Source: an uncultured Actinomycetota bacterium (GTDB taxonomy: Bacteria; Actinomycetota; Geothermincolia; Geothermincolales; Geothermincolaceae). From it: a stretch of 64,000 bases of DNA. The first letter of the stretch is position 1, and each line of letters opens with the position of its first letter. A model generated the notes under the pieces. It saw only the letters and a program-made list of their open reading frames with translations, was not told where the DNA came from and did no database searches. The position numbers were made by a program, and so were the translations under genes. This document shows positions 1-9,029 of this stretch, one piece after another. Location: NCBI GenBank assembly GCA_964515075.1, contig CAZETE010000003.1:14254-78253 (forward strand), given 5' to 3'.

Positions 1-562
1 GCTCGTAGCCGCGCGGCATGGTCGCCTCGCAGACGAACAGGTCGGCACCGCGCGCCGCCTCGGCCAGGCCGGGGTGGGCGGCGGTGTCGCCGGAATAGGC
101 CAGGCACCAGCCGTCCCCCTCTATCCTAACACTATAGGCCTCGACGTTGTGCGCAGCCGAGAAGGCGCGCAGGCGCATGCCTCCCAGCTCAACGTCGGTT
201 TCCGCATCGAGGACGCGCGCGTCGAACACCCGGGGCAGGTCTTCCCGGGCGTCCTCGCCCAGGACCCGGCCCACCAGTTCCAGCCCGCCCGCCGGCTGCC
301 GGAGGGTCAGGCCCCAGGGACGGGCGGGGTGGAAGCGCAGCGCGCAGAAGAGCGGGTAGAGGTCGGCGAAGTGGTCGACGTGGAGGTGCGTGACCACCAG
401 GGCGTCCAGCTCGCTGAACCCCACGTGCTGGAGCAGGTTGGACATGCAGCCGTTGCCGAAATCCAGCACCAGGTTGATACCCCCTTCCTGCACGAGGAAA
501 CCGCTGCAGGCCCCGCCGGGGCGCGGGTAGGCGCCGGAGGCTCCCAGGACGGTCAGGCGCAT
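1..562 (-). CDS. MBL-fold metallo-hydrolase (RNase Z/AtsA-like), 3' end runs off the window
   Basis: Not in the ORF track; translated by hand from ATG at 562: MRLTVLGASGAYPRPGGACSGFLVQEGGINLVLDFGNG...THLHVDH (HxHxDH metal motif). Lies downstream of murI as in actinobacterial murI-MBL synteny. Confidence 0.85.
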   Translation of the reverse strand, partial: MRLTVLGASGAYPRPGGACSGFLVQEGGINLVLDFGNGCMSNLLQHVGFSELDALVVTHLHVDHFADLYPLFCALRFHPARPWGLTLRQPAGGLELVGRVLGEDAREDLPRVFDARVLDAETDVELGGMRLRAFSAAHNVEAYSVRIEGDGWCLAYSGDTAAHPGLAEAARGADLFVCEATMPRGYE

Positions 563-599
563 CGCTCCCGGCCTCCTCCCCCCGTCCCGGCCCTTCCCC

Positions 600-647
600 C
601 CGCTCTCATCCCAGGTCCACCCGCTCTCATCCCAGGTCCACCCGCTC
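600..647. repeat. 21-bp tandem duplication spanning the murI stop codon
   Basis: CCGCTCTCATCCCAGGTCCAC at 600-620 and 621-641, plus partial CCGCTC. Confidence 0.9.
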
Positions 648-1427
648 GACCCGCTCCACCTCGGGGCCGAGGAAGACGCGGCCCAGCTGCAGGGACCGCG
701 CAGTGTCGCCGGTGAAGAGGAAGCGGTATTCCGGACCGGCCCGCCCCTTCCGGAGATGGCCGCGGCGGGACAGTTTCCGCTCGACCTCCCGGGCGACCTC
801 CTCGGCCGAATCGATGAGGCTGACTCCTTCCCCCATCACCCTGCCGATAAGCGGCTCGAGGAGGGGATAGTGGGTGCAGCCGAGGATGAGGGTATCGACG
901 TTCAGCTTGAGCAGGGGCGCGAGATAGGCGCGTACCTCGGATTCGACGCCGGGGCCTTCCACCTCGCCCCTCTCCACGAACTCGACCAGGCTGGGGCAGG
1001 CCCGGGAGTGCACGTGCACCCCGGCGTCCAGGGCGCGGATGGCCCGCTGATATGCCCGGCTGGAGATGGTGACCCGGGTCCCGATGACCCCGACGCGCCG
1101 GTTGACGGTGGCCTGTACGGCGCCGTGGGCCCCGGGCTCGATGACCCCGATCACCGGGACCCCGCATCTCTTCTGCAACTCCGTCAGGCCGGCGGCGGTG
1201 GCGGAGTTGCAGGCGGCGACGATGAGCTTGACCCCTTCCCCCTCCAGGAAGGAGGCGATCTGCAGGGCGAAGCCCCTCACTTCGGGGAGGGGGCGGGGGC
1301 CGAAGGGGCCGCGCAGGTTATCTCCCAGGTAGATGACGTGCTCTCCGGGAAGGCGGTCGATGACCTTGCGGACCACCGTGTACCCCCCCACGCCGGAATC
1401 GAAGATGCCGATGGGATGGTCGTTCAT
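627..1427 (-). CDS. murI: Glutamate racemase
   Basis: DSGVGG, ACNSA and GCTHYP motifs with both catalytic Cys; 266 aa. Confidence 0.97.
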   Translation of the reverse strand: MNDHPIGIFDSGVGGYTVVRKVIDRLPGEHVIYLGDNLRGPFGPRPLPEVRGFALQIASFLEGEGVKLIVAACNSATAAGLTELQKRCGVPVIGVIEPGAHGAVQATVNRRVGVIGTRVTISSRAYQRAIRALDAGVHVHSRACPSLVEFVERGEVEGPGVESEVRAYLAPLLKLNVDTLILGCTHYPLLEPLIGRVMGEGVSLIDSAEEVAREVERKLSRRGHLRKGRAGPEYRFLFTGDTARSLQLGRVFLGPEVERVERVDLG

Positions 1428-1431
1428 TCGG

Positions 1432-2238
1432 CTAACCTATAGCATGGACATCCGCAGCGTCAACTCGCCCGTCCCGCCCCTGCCGCAGGGCGGGGTGGGT
1501 ATAACGGCGCCTCTTGGCGGTGGCCCTGCCGTACTGGATCGCTTCTTGGGGGCAGCGGTGGATGCAGCCCAGGCAGTGGGCGCACCGCTGCATCGTCCAC
1601 TCCGGGCCGGAGCCGTTCAGCCGGATGGCGCCGCTCGGGCAGATCTCCTCGCAGAGGCCGCAGCCGGTGCAGCGGTCCAGGGCGTGGAACCTGCGCGTCC
1701 TCCGGCCCAAGACGTACAAGGGATGCAGTAGAGTCGTGGCCGCCCAGGCCAGCGGGCCCGATGAGCGCTCCCCGGCGCGCTCGGCGGCGACGTCGCCTAT
1801 GATCCGGTCCAGCTCCCGGTCGGCCGCGGCCAGCTGGATGCGCTGCCGTTCGGGAGGGCGCACGTCGTAGAGGAGGATGTAATTGTCCACCATGGGCAGG
1901 GGAAAGGAAGCGTCCAGGGAGTGGCCCCGGCCTTCCAGCAGCCGAGCCAGCCTGCGGTCGGCCATGCCCGGAAAGCTTCCGCAGCTGAGCACCGCGTAGA
2001 CATAGGGCCGGGGGCTTCCTTCTAACGTCAGCCCCCGCACGAACTCCTCCACGACGGTCGGCAGTCCGAAGAAGTAGACGGGAAAGACGAAGCCGACCCT
2101 CTCGCCTTCCTTCAGCGCATAGGTGAGTTCCCGCGCGCGCAGGGCCCGCGGGATATCGACGAGGCTTTCCCCCAGCGCTCCACGCAGCCTCCGTGCTGCG
2201 TGGAGCGAGTTCCCGGTGGCCGAGAAATAGAAGATCAC
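1432..2238 (-). CDS. EFR1-family ferrodoxin (flavodoxin domain plus 2x[4Fe-4S])
   Basis: N-terminal YFSATGNS flavodoxin loop, GFVFPVY, C-terminal CTGCGLCEEICP and CAHCLGCIHRCP. Confidence 0.9.
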   Translation of the reverse strand: MIFYFSATGNSLHAARRLRGALGESLVDIPRALRARELTYALKEGERVGFVFPVYFFGLPTVVEEFVRGLTLEGSPRPYVYAVLSCGSFPGMADRRLARLLEGRGHSLDASFPLPMVDNYILLYDVRPPERQRIQLAAADRELDRIIGDVAAERAGERSSGPLAWAATTLLHPLYVLGRRTRRFHALDRCTGCGLCEEICPSGAIRLNGSGPEWTMQRCAHCLGCIHRCPQEAIQYGRATAKRRRYTHPALRQGRDGRVDAADVHAIG

Positions 2239-2259
2239 GAAGCGTCCTTTCCTGCCAGT

Positions 2260-2283
2260 AAAAAGCCGCGCTGGAGCGGCTTT
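2260..2283 (-). terminator. Intrinsic terminator after tmRNA
   Basis: Minus strand AAAGCCGC-TCCAGC-GCGGCTTTTT, a hairpin plus U-tract just past the CCA end. Confidence 0.7.
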
Positions 2284-2291
2284 AGAAAGAG

Positions 2292-2639
2292 TGGTGGAGG
2301 CGGGGGGAGTCGAACCCCCGTCCGGAAATATGACGCGGTGGGCTCTACGAGCGTATCCGCCGGCATGGTTTCGCTCGGCGCGCGCCGGGCGGACCGCGCT
2401 GCGCTTCGCTATCCCGCTGAGATGTCCCTCGACCCGCGCGGGCAGCGGGCCTCGGTGAGTTCGCTAAACGGCGCCCTTCCCCGGGTCGCGAACTTTCCCG
2501 GAGAGGACGGGTCGCTGATTAAGCGGCCAGGGCCAATTCGTTATTGGCGGTTGATGTCTTTCCCGCTTTTAACGAGGCGCGGGGCCTCGGCTCGCTCCCG
2601 CTCGCGCCAACTTATCCCCGTCGAAACCGGTGCGCCCCC
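2292..2639 (-). ncRNA. ssrA: tmRNA, one-piece; tag peptide ANNELALAA at 2548-2519
   Basis: 5' GGGGGCGCACCGGTTTCGACGGGG; 3' GGACGGGGGTTCGACTCCCCCCGCCTCCACCA (T-arm, acceptor, CCA); internal GCC AAT AAC GAA TTG GCC CTG GCC GCT TAA; adjacent to smpB. Confidence 0.97.
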
Positions 2640-2801
2640 ATATTCTCTTTTCAAGGTCTGGAGCCGGAGTTCCCCGGCTCCATCTCTATTATAGACCAAT
2701 GGGGCGCAAAAGGGGCAGAGGCGGGGCGGCCGGGGGCCATCGCTCAGGCCCGGTTCGGGGGGCAAGATGTGAAGAATGAAGGGCTGACCCCATGTGGAGG
2801 T

Positions 2802-3266
2802 TTAGTGGGTGCGTTCCTTCAGGGCGCGCTCGGCCTCGCGGCGCATGTCCCGTTCCTGCAGCTCGCGGCGGCGGTCGCGCTGCAGCTTGCCGCGGGCCAG
2901 GCCCACCTCCACCTTGATCCTGCCCCGGTCGGTCAGGTAGATGCTCAAGGGCACCAGGGTGAAGCCGCGCTCGGCCACCTTGCCTCTCAGCCGGTTGAGC
3001 TCGCGCTTATGGGCCAGCAGCTTGCGCTCGCGCAGGGGGTCGTGGTTGAAGTGGCTGCCGTGGGAGTAGGGGCTGATGTGCACGCCCACCAGGAAGAGCT
3101 CGTCCCCCCTGAACTGGGCGTAGCTGTCCCGCAGGTTGACCCGCGCCTCGCGGATGGACTTGACCTCGCTGCCGGTGAGGACCATGCCCATCTCCAGTGT
3201 CTCCTCCACGTGAAAATCGTGGCGCGCCTTGCGGTTGACCGCGAATACCTTGACCTTGGACATCAT
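2802..3266 (-). CDS. smpB: SsrA-binding protein
   Basis: NRKARHDF, GSEVKSIR, RKLLAHKRE, VGLARGK motifs. Confidence 0.98.
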   Translation of the reverse strand: MMSKVKVFAVNRKARHDFHVEETLEMGMVLTGSEVKSIREARVNLRDSYAQFRGDELFLVGVHISPYSHGSHFNHDPLRERKLLAHKRELNRLRGKVAERGFTLVPLSIYLTDRGRIKVEVGLARGKLQRDRRRELQERDMRREAERALKERTH

Positions 3267-3289
3267 AACTCTCCTCGATTCCGTCTGCT

Positions 3290-3295
3290 ATTATA
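3290..3295 (-). promoter_or_regulatory. Putative -10 box (TATAAT) of smpB
   Basis: TATAAT on the minus strand upstream of a GAGGAG SD and the ATG. Confidence 0.5.
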
Positions 3296-3322
3296 TATGA
3301 TGACCGGAGAGAGGAACGGAGC

Positions 3323-4660
3323 ATGGCCCTGGCAAGATACGTGGTGAGCGACCTGCACGTGGGAGACGCTTCCCCTTTGGACGACTTCACGCAGGACCAC
3401 GACTTCAAGCGCTTCGTCGACCTGCTCGGCGAGAGGAAGAGGGCGGAGCTGATCATCAACGGGGATTTCCTCGACTTCGCCAACTTGAAGCTGGAGGACG
3501 ACTCCACCAGGCCCTTCTCGCGCCTGGGCAACACCGAGGAGGAGTCCCTGGCCAAGCTGGAGAGGATCATCGAGGGCCACCCGCTGGTCTTCGACTGCCT
3601 GCGCGACTTCGTCGACTCAGGCCACCGCCTGGTCATCATCCCCGGCAACCACGACGTGGACCTCTTCTGGCCGCGGGCCTGGGAGAGGCTGGCCGAGCGG
3701 CTGGGCAGCCCCGACGGCGAGCACCTCTACTTCGAGTTCAGCGGCATCTACCGTGCGGGCGGGCTCTACGTCGAACACGGCAACCAGTACTTCTCCGACA
3801 GCCTCTTCGCCAACTTCACCCACCCCTTCCTGCGCGACCCCAAGTCGGGCGAACTGCGCCTGGAACGCAGCTGGGGCTGCGCCTTCCTCGATTACTTCGT
3901 CTCCGGGATGCGCGAGCGCAATCCCTTCGTCGACAACGTCAAGCCCGTCTCCACCATGGTCTTTCTGGGCATACAGCAGGAGAGCTGGTGGTTCAGGATA
4001 CGCCATGCCTACAAGCTCATCCGCTTCATCTCCCGCGTGGGGTTTCCTCCTTTCAAGGAGGCGCGCACCCCAGCGGTGCAGGCCAAGGTGGAGGAGGAGC
4101 CCCCCGGGCAGTTCGGCCGGAGCATGTTCCGGGCGTTGACCGGGTTTCGGGGCGGGCGCAAGGCCCTGCTGGAGAACGGGGGCCTGAGCGCGTTGGACGT
4201 GTCCGGCGACGTCGATTCGCTGGAGGCGGGAGAGGGGTTGCTGGAGGGGCCGCTCGAGGAGGAGCCGGAGGGCGCAACGTCCTTCGAGGAAGCCTTCGAC
4301 CGGGCCTTTCCGGGCAAGCCGGACGAAGAAGCGCTGCCCCTCGACCCCCTCTCCACCCGGGAGGACGTCCTCTCCGGCAAGGCGCGCGAGCTGCTCCTTT
4401 CCGATAAGGGCATCGACACGGTCATCTTCGGCCACGACCACCGCCTCTACTCCAACCAGTACACCCCGGTGGTGGGAGGGAAGAAGGGCAAGTACTACAT
4501 AAACACCGGCACCTGGATCCCCATCCTCTTTCTGACCAAGGCCGACCAGTCGCTCACCTGGAAGGACCTCTCCGACGAACGCCTCTACCACCGCTACCTG
4601 ACCTATGCCGAGGTGAAGAACAGCCGCGGGCACGCCGTGGGGAGGCTCTCCAGGCTCTAG
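3323..4660 (+). CDS. Calcineurin-like metallophosphoesterase
   Basis: SDLH, NGDFLD, GNHD, EHGN and FGHDH metal motifs; acidic low-complexity insert near the C-terminal third. Confidence 0.85.
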   Translation: MALARYVVSDLHVGDASPLDDFTQDHDFKRFVDLLGERKRAELIINGDFLDFANLKLEDDSTRPFSRLGNTEEESLAKLERIIEGHPLVFDCLRDFVDSGHRLVIIPGNHDVDLFWPRAWERLAERLGSPDGEHLYFEFSGIYRAGGLYVEHGNQYFSDSLFANFTHPFLRDPKSGELRLERSWGCAFLDYFVSGMRERNPFVDNVKPVSTMVFLGIQQESWWFRIRHAYKLIRFISRVGFPPFKEARTPAVQAKVEEEPPGQFGRSMFRALTGFRGGRKALLENGGLSALDVSGDVDSLEAGEGLLEGPLEEEPEGATSFEEAFDRAFPGKPDEEALPLDPLSTREDVLSGKARELLLSDKGIDTVIFGHDHRLYSNQYTPVVGGKKGKYYINTGTWIPILFLTKADQSLTWKDLSDERLYHRYLTYAEVKNSRGHAVGRLSRL

Positions 4661-4695
4661 GGCGCAGGCTGTTCTGGCGCAGGCTGTTCTGGCGC
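4661..4695. repeat. 15-bp tandem duplication immediately after the stop codon
   Basis: GGCGCAGGCTGTTCT at 4661-4675 and 4676-4690, plus GGCGC. Confidence 0.85.
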
Positions 4696-4799
4696 GGGCC
4701 CCGGGGGGCGGGCTCTTTAAAAGGCGCGATCCCCGCGCGGCGGGGAGCATCCCCCGTATCTTCCTTTTCGGCATGCCCGTCCCCGGCCGCCGGCCCGTT

Positions 4800-6020
4800 T
4801 CAATAGACGAGGAACACCGGGTTAGCGTAGCAGGCACCGCCGGGGCCGTAACCCTCCAGGCGGAGGTAGTGGCCGTCTCCGTCCCTAGGGGCCGGGATGG
4901 AGAGGTTGAAGACGGACCCGGGGTCCTTGATGAGGTCGGCACCGGGCAGGTCGCTCACCAGCTTCAGGCCGGTGCAGGCGTGAGCGCCGCCGCCGCAGGC
5001 GGTGTGGACGGTGACTTCGTCGCCGGGTCGCACCGCGAGGTACTCGCCCGGCCCGGCGCCCTGTCCGGTGCGCCGGTTCACCGCGTAACAGACGGCCAGC
5101 GGGCCGTTGGAGGCCACCGAGCGCCCCCGCCGCAGGGCATCGAGGACCGCCGCGTGGTCGCCGCCGTCGAGGGGGGCGCCGCCCTTTTCCACGAAGACGT
5201 AGGTGCGCGCGAACCGGCCCACTTCCTGCGGGGTATGGGCGTCGGAGACGCCGGTCACCAGCACCGGCACCCCGGCGGCCAGGGCCCGGTCCCAGGCCTC
5301 CAACAGGCCCGTCTGCTCCGGGTTGACGTGCACCCCGCTCAACACCTCGAAGCCGCGCAGGGTCGAGTCGGCGGTGATGCCTGAGATGTGCCGCTCGAAG
5401 CCGGGCCAGTGCCAGAAGGTCACCCCGCCCTTGCGCTGGCGGGGGTGGGCGATGAAGCCGAACCCGCCGGCCTCCCCAACCCGCCGGATGAAGCCCTCCT
5501 CGTCGTTGTCCCAGGCGGAATCGGCGACGTATCCGTCGATGCCGTAAGCCGCGAAGTGGCCGCTGGTGACGGTCCCCAGTTCCTCTCCTACGAGCAGGCA
5601 GCCGGCAGCGCCCGATCTCTCCAACTCGAGCGCCTCAGCCCGCTCCTCCTCGAAGCGGGCCCGGCCGTGTTCGGCGCTGTAGGCGGTGGCCAAGCCCCCC
5701 TCCATGCCCAGCTGGGGGCCGTGGTCGGTCAAGACCAGCCAGGCCAGGGGGTCTTCTCCCCCGAAGGCCGCCTCCGCCAACTCCGGCAGAGGCACCAGCC
5801 CCTCCTCGTAGAAGGCCAGCTTCGAGTAGTCGCAGTGGTCGTGGGCGTCTCCCGGGTACCAGTTGGCCGGGTCCAACTGCGCGGATACGGGGGAGTCGAG
5901 CTCGTCCGGCGCGGCGCCCGGCTCCTGGGAGGGCCCGCATCCCGCCAGCAGCGCGGCTAGCAGCGCGGCCAGCAGTACGGCGGCCGCCCTCACCCGTATC
6001 AAGGCCTTGCTTCCGCGCAT
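4800..6020 (-). CDS. PHP-domain (CehA/McbA-like) metallohydrolase lipoprotein
   Basis: Start reset to ATG 6020 (GAAGGA SD); lipobox LLAGC; DAHDH, TDHG, AHP and SDAH PHP motifs. Confidence 0.75.
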   Translation of the reverse strand: MRGSKALIRVRAAAVLLAALLAALLAGCGPSQEPGAAPDELDSPVSAQLDPANWYPGDAHDHCDYSKLAFYEEGLVPLPELAEAAFGGEDPLAWLVLTDHGPQLGMEGGLATAYSAEHGRARFEEERAEALELERSGAAGCLLVGEELGTVTSGHFAAYGIDGYVADSAWDNDEEGFIRRVGEAGGFGFIAHPRQRKGGVTFWHWPGFERHISGITADSTLRGFEVLSGVHVNPEQTGLLEAWDRALAAGVPVLVTGVSDAHTPQEVGRFARTYVFVEKGGAPLDGGDHAAVLDALRRGRSVASNGPLAVCYAVNRRTGQGAGPGEYLAVRPGDEVTVHTACGGGAHACTGLKLVSDLPGADLIKDPGSVFNLSIPAPRDGDGHYLRLEGYGPGGACYANPVFLVY

Positions 6021-6130
6021 CTCATCCTTCCTTCGTCCGGCCGCCGCTCTTCCTGTTATATGAGGGCGGCTGCGGGGCAAGGGTTCCGCGCCGCCACCGG
6101 CTGAGCATGACCGGGCTCAGTCGGGGGGCT

Positions 6131-6454
6131 TCATCTCCAGACGTCCGGCGGGGCAGCCGTTCCGGGCAGCTGGGGCTCCTCGGGCAGGTGTTCTTCGTCC
6201 TTCCTTGCCTGCCTGGAGCGCGCGAACTCAAGCCAGATGGAAAAAGAGATGACCCCGGTGCCCAGGAAGATGGATACGATGAAGAGCGCCTTGGTGGTAG
6301 CGCCCGGCCGCCGGGAGGCGTACTTCTCCAACTGCGTGTGCTCGGGGTAGATCTCCGGAGTGGTGTTGTTGGCCCAGCCCCAGAAGACGGCGGTGATCAA
6401 CAGGATCAACGCCAGCAGGAGCAGGGTGCGCGTCGTCAGGAAATATACGCCCAT
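6131..6454 (-). CDS. Small two-TM hypothetical membrane protein
   Basis: Two hydrophobic segments, GGAGGA SD, upstream TATACT -10-like box. Confidence 0.65.
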   Translation of the reverse strand: MGVYFLTTRTLLLLALILLITAVFWGWANNTTPEIYPEHTQLEKYASRRPGATTKALFIVSIFLGTGVISFSIWLEFARSRQARKDEEHLPEEPQLPGTAAPPDVWR

Positions 6455-6540
6455 CTTCCTCCTTCCTTAACCGACCTTCACGTCATAGCCCAGTATATTA
6501 CCTAAGACGCTCCTGAGCGAACCCCCACCCCCGCAAAGTC

Positions 6541-6774
6541 AATCCGGGGTCAGGCCCCAAATTTCACTTTTCCAAGATCTGCCAAGCCGCATCCACGAAA
6601 CTGAATCCGGGGTCAGTCGTTCATGCCGCGCCACGCGGCACCACGGAAGGATGAAAACGTCGCATTTTCAGAGCAGGCCCCAAATTCACTTTCATCGTCT
6701 CGGAGCGGGTGGCTGCGAAAAAAGTGAAATTTGGGGCCTGACCCCGGATTCTGGATTGGGCCTGACCCCGGATT
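6541..6774. repeat. Composite REP/REPIN-like palindromic element (GGGGTCAG family)
   Basis: Perfect 31-bp inverted repeat 6541-6571 / 6720-6750; internal 85-bp cassette 6609-6693; extra GGGCCTGACCCCGGATT at 6758-6774 abutting the purH stop. Confidence 0.85.
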
Positions 6775-6776
6775 GA

Positions 6777-8324
6777 CTAGTGGCGGAAGTGGCGGTAGCC
6801 CGTGAAGATCAGGGAGACGCCCAGGCGCTCGGCCGCCGCCTTGACCTCTGAGTCCTTGAGGCTGCCCCCCGGCTCCGCGAAGCAGGTCACGCCGGCCGCC
6901 GCCGCCGCCTCCAGCGCGTCGGGGAAGGGGAAGAAGGCGTCGGAGCCGAGCACGCACCCCGCGGCCTTATCCCCGGCCTTGTGCAGGGCCACCCAGACCG
7001 CGTCCACCCGGCTGAGCTGCCCCGCGCCGATGCCCACGGTGACCCCGTCGCGGGCCAGGACGATGGCGTTGGAGCGGACGTGCTTGGCCACCTTCCAGGC
7101 GAAGAGGAGGTCCTCCCACTCCTTCTCGGTGGGCTGCCGCGAAGTGACCAGTTCGAATTCCCGGCGCCCCTCGGCGGAGAAGTCGCGTTCCTGCACCAGC
7201 AGCCCCCCCTCCACCCGCTTGTAGTCCTTGAAGCGCTTGAACTCCTCCGGGGGAAGGGCCAGGCGCATCAGGCGGATGTCCGCCTTGCGGGCGAGTATCT
7301 CCAGCGCCTCGGGGGCGTAGGAGGGGGCGATGACCGCCTCCTGGAAGACCCGGTCGATGCGGGCGGCGGTGTCCGAGTCCACCTCGCGGTTGAAAGCCAC
7401 GATGCCGCCGAAGGCGGAGAGGGGGTCGGAGTCGAAGGCCAGGCTGTAGGCCTCGGCCACGCTTCCGGACACCGCCGCTCCGCAGGGGGTGTTGTGCTTG
7501 ATGATGGCCGCCGCCGGGCCCGGAAACTCCTGCACCAGGGCCCAGGAAGCGTCCAGGTCCAGCATGTTGTTGAAGGAGAGGGCCTTGCCGTGCAGCTGCT
7601 CGGCCGAGGCCAGGGTGCCGGGAGGCGCCCCCGCCTCGCGGTAGACGGCCGCCCTCTGATGGGGGTTCTCGCCGTATCTCAGCTCGTCGGCCCTGAAGAA
7701 GGTGAGGGAGAGCCGCTCGGGGAAGCCGCCGGCCTCCTCCCCCCCGGTCAGCCAGGCGCAGACGGCGGCGTCGTAATCGCTGGTGTGGGCGAAGCCCTCC
7801 GCCGCCAGGGCGCGCCTGGTCTCCAGGCTCACCTCCCCGCCGCCCGAGCGCATCTCCTCAAGCAGCCCGGGATAGCGCGCGGGTTCGGTGACAACCGTAA
7901 CGGAGTGATAATTCTTGGCGGCGGCGCGGATGAGGGCCGCCCCCCCGGCGTCGATCTGCTCCACCGCCTCCCCCGGGGCGGCCCCGCCGGCCGCGGCCCC
8001 CTCGAAGGGATGGAGGTTCACCACCACCAGGTCGATGGGGGTGATTCCCAGCCCCTCCAGCTCCTGGAGGTGCCCGGGTGAGGAACGGTCGGCCAGGATG
8101 GCCCCGTGGACGTGGGGGTGGAGGGTCTTGACCCTGCCGTCCAGCATCTCGGCGAAGCCGGTGACCCCCGAGACGGGAGCCGCCTTCACCCCCGCCTCCC
8201 GCAGCCGCCGCTCCGTCCCGCCGGTGGAGATAATCTCCACTCCCATCTCCTCGAGCCCGCGCGCCAGCTCGACGATACCCGTCTTGTCTGAAACGGACAG
8301 CAGGGCCCGCTTGATACCGGCCAT
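6777..8324 (-). CDS. purH: Bifunctional AICAR transformylase/IMP cyclohydrolase
   Basis: RALLSVSDKTG, GRVKTLHP, LRYGENPHQ, KHNTPCG, SDAFFPF. Confidence 0.97.
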   Translation of the reverse strand: MAGIKRALLSVSDKTGIVELARGLEEMGVEIISTGGTERRLREAGVKAAPVSGVTGFAEMLDGRVKTLHPHVHGAILADRSSPGHLQELEGLGITPIDLVVVNLHPFEGAAAGGAAPGEAVEQIDAGGAALIRAAAKNYHSVTVVTEPARYPGLLEEMRSGGGEVSLETRRALAAEGFAHTSDYDAAVCAWLTGGEEAGGFPERLSLTFFRADELRYGENPHQRAAVYREAGAPPGTLASAEQLHGKALSFNNMLDLDASWALVQEFPGPAAAIIKHNTPCGAAVSGSVAEAYSLAFDSDPLSAFGGIVAFNREVDSDTAARIDRVFQEAVIAPSYAPEALEILARKADIRLMRLALPPEEFKRFKDYKRVEGGLLVQERDFSAEGRREFELVTSRQPTEKEWEDLLFAWKVAKHVRSNAIVLARDGVTVGIGAGQLSRVDAVWVALHKAGDKAAGCVLGSDAFFPFPDALEAAAAAGVTCFAEPGGSLKDSEVKAAAERLGVSLIFTGYRHFRH

Positions 8325-8352
8325 CACCTCACCGACCTCCTTTGTGTCGTAG

Positions 8353-8380
8353 GACTTCAGTATTCCGACTTCAGTATTCC
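8353..8380. repeat. 14-bp tandem duplication spanning the purN stop codon
   Basis: GACTTCAGTATTCC at 8353-8366 and 8367-8380. Confidence 0.9.
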
Positions 8381-8988
8381 GGGGGCGGGTCGATGCGCAC
8401 CCGCCTCCCCTCGATGCTCAACCTGCCTTCCGCGAAGTACCTGATGGCCAGGGGGTAGAGACGGTACTCCGCCTCGTGGATGCGCTGGTGCAGGCTGGAC
8501 TCGTCGTCGTCCTCCCGCACCTCCACCGCCTCCTGCAGGATGACCGGGCCGGTGTCCAGCCCCTCGTCCACGAAGTGGACGGTCACCCCCGACACCTTGA
8601 CTCCGTAGGCCAGCGCGTCCGCCACTCCGTGCGTGCCCGGAAAGGAGGGGAGCAGGGCGGGGTGGATGTTGAGGATGCGCCCGCGGAACGCCCCCACCAG
8701 GGCGGGCCCGGCCAGCAGCATGTAGCCCGCCAGCGCCACCAGTTCCACCCCGCGCTCCTCGAGCAGCTCGACCAGCGCGCGGTCGTAGGCATCCCGCGAG
8801 GCGAACTCGCGGGGGTCGACGAAGACCCCCTCTATGCCGTGGTCGGCGGCCCTCTTCAGCGCGTAGGCGCCGGCCGAGTTGCTGACCACCACCACCACCC
8901 GGGCGGGCACCTCCCCCGCCTCGCAGGCCCGCACGATGGCCTCCAGGTTGGTCCCGCTCCCGGAGACGAGAACGCCCAGCCTCAACAT
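8371..8988 (-). CDS. purN: Phosphoribosylglycinamide formyltransferase
   Basis: Start reset to MLRLGVLVSGSGTNL; LNIHPALLP, TVHFVDEGLDTGP. Confidence 0.97.
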   Translation of the reverse strand: MLRLGVLVSGSGTNLEAIVRACEAGEVPARVVVVVSNSAGAYALKRAADHGIEGVFVDPREFASRDAYDRALVELLEERGVELVALAGYMLLAGPALVGAFRGRILNIHPALLPSFPGTHGVADALAYGVKVSGVTVHFVDEGLDTGPVILQEAVEVREDDDESSLHQRIHEAEYRLYPLAIRYFAEGRLSIEGRRVRIDPPPEY

Positions 8989-9029
8989 GCCTTCCTCCTC
9001 CCTCCCCGGATGCCGGCGCTCCGGCGCCT

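Noticed and set aside
1432-2640. Prophage or genomic island integrated at tmRNA
   Set aside because: No integrase and no duplicated tmRNA 3' end (att site) in the window; a normal terminator and a housekeeping-style gene follow.
6541-6774. CRISPR array
   Set aside because: The repeats are inverted and irregularly spaced, with no unique equal-length spacers and no cas genes.
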